Below are positions 58,355-64,000 of a stretch of DNA of 64,000 nucleotides, one piece after another. Source of the DNA: Acidobacteriota bacterium (GTDB lineage Bacteria > Acidobacteriota > UBA890 > WLXD01). Position 1 is the first letter of the stretch. Each line of letters starts with the position of its first letter. Made by a program: the position numbers and the translations under genes. The stretch lies in the NCBI GenBank assembly GCA_965248695.1, contig CBDFKD010000002.1, forward strand, positions 1,088,001 through 1,152,000. The letters run 5' to 3'. Under the pieces are notes generated by a model. The model saw nothing but the letters and a program-made list of their open reading frames with translations. It made no database searches and had not been told where the DNA came from.

Positions 58355-60427
58355 ATGATGCTCGCAACACGCTGGATCGTCTCACTGACCCTGGCCTCTA
58401 CCATCAGCGCTCCGCTGGCGCATGGTCAGCAGCCGCTGCCGGCGTCTATCGACGTGGCTCCCGCCGAGCTCGATCTTGAAGTGGGAGACAGCGTGCAGCT
58501 CGACGTGGTGGTGCGCGACGCGTCCGGCGACCGCATCGCGGACGCGCCGGTCATCTACCTCCCGGTACGGGGCCCGTTCTGGAACCATGATTTGCGCACC
58601 TGGGGGTTCAATCTGTTCAAGGTGTCTCCCGATGGGTTGGTGTCGGCCTCCAAACCCGGCGAGTACGCTGTGCTTCTGCGTGTGCCAACCGGCGACGACA
58701 AGTTCATCGAGCGTGAGATTCCCCTGCACATCGCCAAGCCCTCGGTGACCGAGGTGGAGTTCGTGGATCCACCGACGCGGTTCATCACTGGCACCACCGT
58801 GCGGCTGAGAACGCGCTTCCGGGATCCTACGGGCGCTCTTCGCGATGATGTCTTGGGCGGCTTTCGCAGCAGTGATAGTTCCGTGGCGGTGGTCGATGAG
58901 CTCGGCAACCTGAGATTGCTGTCGCCAGGTCACGCCACCATCACGGCGATGGCTGATGACGCCTCGGCAGCACTTGAAGTTCGCGTCGAGGAGAGCTCCT
59001 CGCGGCGGCTCACTCTGGAGATCGATACCACCGGCACCGGCGCCGGTGGCATCGTGCGTACCGGCGACGTCGTGCGATTCCGGGCCCAGGTGCTCGATGA
59101 GCACGACCGGGTGGTCGAAGGAGCGCCGGTCACCTTCAGCTTCAACGCCCGGGTCGACCCGTACCAGTCCGGTGGGCCGAGCACCGGACTGGTGTCGGAC
59201 GACGGCCGGTTCGTCGCCGACCTGCCCGGCGAATACACCCTGATCGCGACCAGCGGCAGCCTCAGCGCGCAGCGAGTCATCGCGGTGTCGGAGCGCGAGG
59301 CACGGCGGCAGATCGAGCTCGTAGGCCACGGTCGCGTCAGGGACTCCGCGACCACTGATCTGTGGGTCTGGGAGGGCACCGACGGTGACTATGCGATCAC
59401 CGGCACTCACGGCGGCGGCGGGCTGGCGCTGGTGTGGGACGTGACCGACCCCGCCGAGATGGAGATCATCGATACCGTCAAGGTCGACGCCCGCAACGTC
59501 AACGATCTCAAGGTGTCCGCCGACGGCAAGATTGCCGTGATCAGTCGCGAGGGGGCTTCCACCCGGCGCAACGGGATTGTTGTTCTCGACGTTTCATCAC
59601 CCCGCCAGGGGGTCGAGATTCTCTCCAGCTACGACGATGAGCTGACCGGGGGTGTTCACAACCTCTTCGTGTACGAGGATCACGTCTACGCGCTGTCGGC
59701 CGGCCAGCGCTACGACATCATCAGCATCGAGGACCCCACCGCGCCGCATCGCGTCGGTCGCTTCGAGCTTCCCAACCCCGATCGCTCCATCCACGACGTC
59801 TGGGTACAGGACGGCATCGCCTACTCGTCGAACTGGAACGACGGCGTGGTGATGGTCGATGTCGGCGGTGGCGGGCGTGGCGGCTCGCCGCGATCACCGG
59901 TGATGATCGGCAAGTCGACGTTCCGCACCGGATGGAATCACGCGGTGTTTCCGTATCGCTCGACCAGCGGCAAGCACTACATATTCGCCGGCGACGAAGC
60001 GGCGCGCTCGGGGCGCTTCTCGCCGGAGCCGGAGCGCGGTGCCGGCACGCCCGGTTACGACGGCGAGCCCAATCGCTGGCGCGGCTGGGTGCACATCCTG
60101 GAGTGGGAGCCTGGCTCGGACGAGGAGCCCGAGCTGGTGGCGCGCTATGAGGTGCCCGAGGCGGGGAGCCACAATATCTGGGTCGAAAACGATGTGATGT
60201 ACGTAGCGTTTTACAACGGTGGTCTACGCGTCGTCGATGTGTCTGGTGAGCTGCGCGGCGATCTGTATCGACAGGGCCGTGAGATGGCTCGTTTTCTTCC
60301 CTACGACCCGGAGGGGTTCCTGCCCAACGCGCCGCAAGTCTGGGGGGCGCAGCCGTTCAAGGGCAACATCTTCTTTTCCGACTACAACTCCGGCCTGTGG
60401 GCGGTACGGCTGAGCGAGCAGGAGTAG
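58355..60427 (+). CDS. Exported protein with Ig-like (Big_2-type) domains and LVIVD-repeat propeller
   Basis: Signal peptide; SSDSSVAVVD..G; GGVHN, SIHDVW, WNHA, GSHNIW; YNGGLRVVDVS. Confidence 0.82.
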   Translation: MMLATRWIVSLTLASTISAPLAHGQQPLPASIDVAPAELDLEVGDSVQLDVVVRDASGDRIADAPVIYLPVRGPFWNHDLRTWGFNLFKVSPDGLVSASKPGEYAVLLRVPTGDDKFIEREIPLHIAKPSVTEVEFVDPPTRFITGTTVRLRTRFRDPTGALRDDVLGGFRSSDSSVAVVDELGNLRLLSPGHATITAMADDASAALEVRVEESSSRRLTLEIDTTGTGAGGIVRTGDVVRFRAQVLDEHDRVVEGAPVTFSFNARVDPYQSGGPSTGLVSDDGRFVADLPGEYTLIATSGSLSAQRVIAVSEREARRQIELVGHGRVRDSATTDLWVWEGTDGDYAITGTHGGGGLALVWDVTDPAEMEIIDTVKVDARNVNDLKVSADGKIAVISREGASTRRNGIVVLDVSSPRQGVEILSSYDDELTGGVHNLFVYEDHVYALSAGQRYDIISIEDPTAPHRVGRFELPNPDRSIHDVWVQDGIAYSSNWNDGVVMVDVGGGGRGGSPRSPVMIGKSTFRTGWNHAVFPYRSTSGKHYIFAGDEAARSGRFSPEPERGAGTPGYDGEPNRWRGWVHILEWEPGSDEEPELVARYEVPEAGSHNIWVENDVMYVAFYNGGLRVVDVSGELRGDLYRQGREMARFLPYDPEGFLPNAPQVWGAQPFKGNIFFSDYNSGLWAVRLSEQE

Positions 60428-60440
60428 GTCGGGCCTAGGC

Positions 60441-61463
60441 TCAGTAGCCGAAGACCACCATGTGTTCGCCACGCTGTTCGATCAGCGACTCGAAGTGCTC
60501 CACCAGCCGGTCGCGCCGCTCGACCAGCGCGCTGAGCTCACTGTCGCTCAGATACTCCCCCAGGGCGGCGCGAAGCGTATCCGGCTCCAAGCCCCCCAGG
60601 TTGTTCCAGAAGGTCCGCTCGATCGCCTGCAACGGTGCCTCGTCGAGTCGCGTCGATACCTGGAACGCGCGCGAGTGGTCAGTGAGCCAAACGCGCCAGG
60701 TCGTGTCGTAGAGCAAGTTGCTTCGATTGCGGTCGCCGTTGGCGATCAGGGCATCGAACGTGTTCATCGTCGCGAGCTGTTTGTTCCAGCGCTGTGACGA
60801 CGGGTCGTCGAGATCGCGCGATGCTCGATCCGACTCGTTGAACGACCCGCCCATGGCGATCTGCAGGCTCCCCTCGACCGCGCCAATCTGACGCCTTATT
60901 GCTGGCGGAACCTGATGCAGTCCGAGCAGCACGCTGAGCTCGTACGCGGCGCACTCGAACAAGCCGCTGTCGCGAAAGTGAACCTCTGTGCTCCCGTCGG
61001 CGAACCTCGCCACGCCCAGCCGGTCCTCGATGCTGCGGAACACTGCCTCGAGCTCCACACCATCTTGTCGCAGGCGGATGAGGTAGGTTCCGCGTCCGAA
61101 TTCGGAGGTGTCGTCAAATGCGATCGGACGTCCGCCCTCATCGTAGCGACTTTGCGAGACGATCTCGGCCGAGCGCAGGAACTCCAGCACGTCGCCTTCG
61201 GTGTCGAGTGGCAGTGGCGTGCCTGCGGCATCGGTGAACAGACGCGGGGGGAGCTGAGGCGCTGGCAAGGAGGAGGCAGCCGCGATCGGCCGCGACGCCA
61301 TGGGGAGCAGCGGGTCGTTGGCGACGGCGCGGGCGATGAGCTGCGGAGCCATGGTCGCCGTCAGGATGGCCAGCGAAAGGGTGCCGGTCCGCCTGAACGG
61401 AAAGTACGGGCCGTGCGAGGGGGAGCTCGACTTGATCAGTTCTGCAGATGCTCGCTCCACCAT
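60441..61463 (-). CDS. Atypical kinase-fold protein (PI3/PI4-kinase/HipA-like motifs); start uncertain
   Basis: ECAAYELS.LLGL..VPP; GSLQ; FDALIANGDRNRSNLL; WLTDHSRAF. Confidence 0.7.
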   Translation of the reverse strand: MVERASAELIKSSSPSHGPYFPFRRTGTLSLAILTATMAPQLIARAVANDPLLPMASRPIAAASSLPAPQLPPRLFTDAAGTPLPLDTEGDVLEFLRSAEIVSQSRYDEGGRPIAFDDTSEFGRGTYLIRLRQDGVELEAVFRSIEDRLGVARFADGSTEVHFRDSGLFECAAYELSVLLGLHQVPPAIRRQIGAVEGSLQIAMGGSFNESDRASRDLDDPSSQRWNKQLATMNTFDALIANGDRNRSNLLYDTTWRVWLTDHSRAFQVSTRLDEAPLQAIERTFWNNLGGLEPDTLRAALGEYLSDSELSALVERRDRLVEHFESLIEQRGEHMVVFGY

Positions 61464-63544
61464 TTCAGCTCCTCGGAATACCGGTGCACCATGTCCCACG
61501 GCCGCCAGCCGCCATGGTACGAGTCGGGGTAGCGGACCATGCGGGCGGGTACCTGCTGCTTGCGCAGCGCGGTGTACATCTGCTCGCCCTGTTCGATCGG
61601 TACGCGGTAGTCGCTCTCGCCGTGAATGATCATTGTCGGTGTCGAGATGCCGTCGGCGTGCTTGATCGGTGATTGCTCCCACAGTATCTCGCTGCTGCGC
61701 TCCTTCCAGGGCGGTCCGTAGAACTCCGTCTCCTTGGTGCGAGGAATGTCGGCGGTGCCGTAGTCGCTGATCCAGTTCGAGATTCCCGCGCCGGAGATCG
61801 CCGCCGCGAAGCGGTCGCTATGGGTGATGATCCAGTTGGTCAGAAATCCGCCGTACGAGTAGCCCGAAACACCCATCCGCTGTTCGTCGATAGCGAAGTT
61901 TGCAATCACATGGTCGACACCCGCCATGACGTCGTCGGTGTCGAGCTTGCCCCAGCCGCCCCACGTCGCCCAGAGGAAGTTCTCACCGTAGCCGCTAGAG
62001 CCGCGCGGGTTGGTGTAGAGCACCACGTAGCCGTCCTTCGCCCAGAGCTGAAACTCCAGCGAGTAGCGTTCGCCGAAGGCACCGTGCGGTCCGCCGTGGA
62101 TATTCAGGATCAGCGGGTAGGGGCCTCCGTCCGGCTTGTAGCCAGGTGGCAGGATGACCCAGCCTTCGATCGCGGTGCCGTCGGCGCTGGGATACGCGAT
62201 CGGCCGGGCGACACGCGGTGCGGTGGTCGAGATCAGCAACTCGTTGAATCGCGTCAGCTGGGTTTCGCCACCGTCCGGTGTAGTGACATACAGCTCGGGC
62301 GGCGACGTGCTCGTGGTCGCGGTATAGGCGAAGCTGCGCGGATCAGCCGCGAAGCTCAGGCCCGACAACCGGCGGCGTCCTTCGGTGAGCTGTCGCACGG
62401 CGCCACCGCCGATTGGCACCGAGAACAGGTGGCTTTGCCCGCCGATGCCGGCGCCGAAGCGGACCGTGCCGTCGGCACCGATTTCATGGGCGCCTGGCCG
62501 ATGGTCCCATGATGTGGTCAGGTTGCGCACCGCCCCGCTGGTAACATCGAGCGCATACAGGTCGGTCGGCGCGCCGTGGCCGCGCGCCGCCTCGATCACT
62601 GCGTCCAACCCTTCGGCACCGCGATAGATCACCGTGGATCCATCCGCGCTCCAGCGTGGCCGGTTGTTGACGAAGCCATCGTCGGTCAAGCGCTCGACAG
62701 TGCCGGCCATGTCGACGGTCCACAGGTCGTGTCGCCCGTAAGTGAACTCGTCTCGCTGATGCTCGTCGGCCGAGAAGACGAACCGAGCTTCGTGCGGATG
62801 CCAGGCGACATCAGTGACGTCGACGCCCATCCGCGTCAGTTGACGCGGCACGCCGCCGGCGCGCGGAACGACGTAGAGCTCGCGCGGTGGTGAGGCGAGC
62901 GGATCGGCAGGGTCGGCAAGGTAGCCGCGGCGGTCGAAACGGACCTGCATCCAATCGTAGATCAGCCCACGAAAACGGTCGCGCAGCTTCTGCTCGAACT
63001 CCGTAGCGCGCTCGTAGCTGTCGCGTCCCGAGCGTGTTCGCGCCGCCGCCTCGCCGGTTGGCGGGGTCGCCCGCGTGAAGGCAATCCACCGGCCATCGGG
63101 ACTGAATACAGGGCTGCCCTCGACGCCCTCGATCTGAAACGCCTCGCCGCCCTGCTGCATATCGAGGAACCAGATGCCGCCCGGAACTTCTTGCGTTGCC
63201 CCGCGTTGGGAGGTGAACGCGAGCAGTCGTCCATCAGGGCTCCAGACCGGGTCGCCGGCGTCGAACGCGGCACTGGCGAGGCGGCGAGGCGGCGTGACGT
63301 CGCGTGGATCGGCGAGCCAGAGCTCGCGCCGGCGCGTGTTCGCAGCCTCGAGCACATCCGTGCGCACGAAGGCCACGGCGCTACCATCGGGGGACATGAC
63401 CGGGCTGCCTACACCGACGAGCGCGTAGTAGTCGGTCAGGTGGAGGGCTCGAGTAGCAAACTGGGCGCGTCCATCGGCGCCGGTGAGTAGCACTGTGGCG
63501 ATTGCGCACGGGATCACGAGAGCGATTCGAGGCAGCCGGATCAT
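61436..63544 (-). CDS. S9 family peptidase, exported
   Basis: Signal peptide; SPDG repeats; IHGGPH; NPRGSSGYG; GYSYGG; HGESDYRVP; YHG. Confidence 0.93.
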   Translation of the reverse strand: MIRLPRIALVIPCAIATVLLTGADGRAQFATRALHLTDYYALVGVGSPVMSPDGSAVAFVRTDVLEAANTRRRELWLADPRDVTPPRRLASAAFDAGDPVWSPDGRLLAFTSQRGATQEVPGGIWFLDMQQGGEAFQIEGVEGSPVFSPDGRWIAFTRATPPTGEAAARTRSGRDSYERATEFEQKLRDRFRGLIYDWMQVRFDRRGYLADPADPLASPPRELYVVPRAGGVPRQLTRMGVDVTDVAWHPHEARFVFSADEHQRDEFTYGRHDLWTVDMAGTVERLTDDGFVNNRPRWSADGSTVIYRGAEGLDAVIEAARGHGAPTDLYALDVTSGAVRNLTTSWDHRPGAHEIGADGTVRFGAGIGGQSHLFSVPIGGGAVRQLTEGRRRLSGLSFAADPRSFAYTATTSTSPPELYVTTPDGGETQLTRFNELLISTTAPRVARPIAYPSADGTAIEGWVILPPGYKPDGGPYPLILNIHGGPHGAFGERYSLEFQLWAKDGYVVLYTNPRGSSGYGENFLWATWGGWGKLDTDDVMAGVDHVIANFAIDEQRMGVSGYSYGGFLTNWIITHSDRFAAAISGAGISNWISDYGTADIPRTKETEFYGPPWKERSSEILWEQSPIKHADGISTPTMIIHGESDYRVPIEQGEQMYTALRKQQVPARMVRYPDSYHGGWRPWDMVHRYSEELKWWSEHLQN

Positions 63545-63619
63545 GCGGAGCTCCGTTGGGTTCGCAGGCTCTCAACCGCCGCGATTATAGGCGAGCCGAC
63601 GCCATCAATCCCGGGGAAG

Positions 63620-64000
63620 TCAGGGGTTGATGCGGGAGAGCATGCCGCGCAGCATCGGGATGTAGAAGCCCCAATAGAAGGGCTCCTGATCGGCGCCGCG
63701 CGGGAACCAGAGCCCGACGATCCGTTGATTCAACCACGGCAGCCCCTCGGCCCAGTAGGGCCCGAGCGTACCGACAGAGTCCGAGAAGTCACCGGCAAAG
63801 TAGACGCGCAGGGGCGCCTCGGAATCGACCACCACGGCGGGAAACGCCGCCGGCACGCCGAACCGCTGGAGCGTGCTCCGGCCGGGGTCGTTCACGGCCA
63901 GGTTGAAGACTGCCGGTACGCTGGTGCCGGGCCGCGCCGAGACGATGTCGAACCAGTAGTTGAAGCGCATACCGTGGGTTACGTCGGCGGTGAGCTGTCC
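63620..64000 (-). CDS. Hypothetical protein, C-terminal part (runs off the window)
   Basis: Protein-like frame with YWFDIV, FPAVV, YFAGDFSD, FYWGFYIPML; no start within the window is certain. Confidence 0.65.
   Translation of the reverse strand, partial: GQLTADVTHGMRFNYWFDIVSARPGTSVPAVFNLAVNDPGRSTLQRFGVPAAFPAVVVDSEAPLRVYFAGDFSDSVGTLGPYWAEGLPWLNQRIVGLWFPRGADQEPFYWGFYIPMLRGMLSRINP

Overview
GC-rich bacterial chromosome segment. The gene content (GWxTD protein, VPS10/BNR proteins, S9 peptidases, DUF1800/DUF1501) suggests Acidobacteriota, but that is an inference. In order: a circularly permuted PA-domain zinc metalloprotease; remnants of a GBBH-like/HD-domain gene pair; a serine hydrolase; split pntA1-pntA2-pntB downstream of a fused 2-oxoacid dehydrogenase E1; a GWxTD protein; an AddB/AddA-like nuclease-helicase pair; a VPS10-like protein; a glycan locus (rmlA, PKD lipoprotein, rmlB, GlpD-like oxidase, GT4, epimerase, AsnB, acyltransferase, flippase-like); hydrolases; a heavy-metal region; two tandem DUF1800-DUF1501 operons (one DUF1501 frameshifted); a TPR-rich two-component system next to tRNA-Ser(CGA); and exported proteins. 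Best find: a MerR-controlled operon (mer-like operator) containing a hidden ORF at 39400-39963, which the ORF track splits in two. It encodes an HMA domain in which both cysteines of the GMxCxxC metal-binding motif are in-frame TGA codons (GMY-U-GL-U-AYG), followed by SECIS-like hairpins: a candidate exported double-selenocysteine (UxxU) metal-binding protein. All family calls come from motif recognition by eye; no database searches were run.
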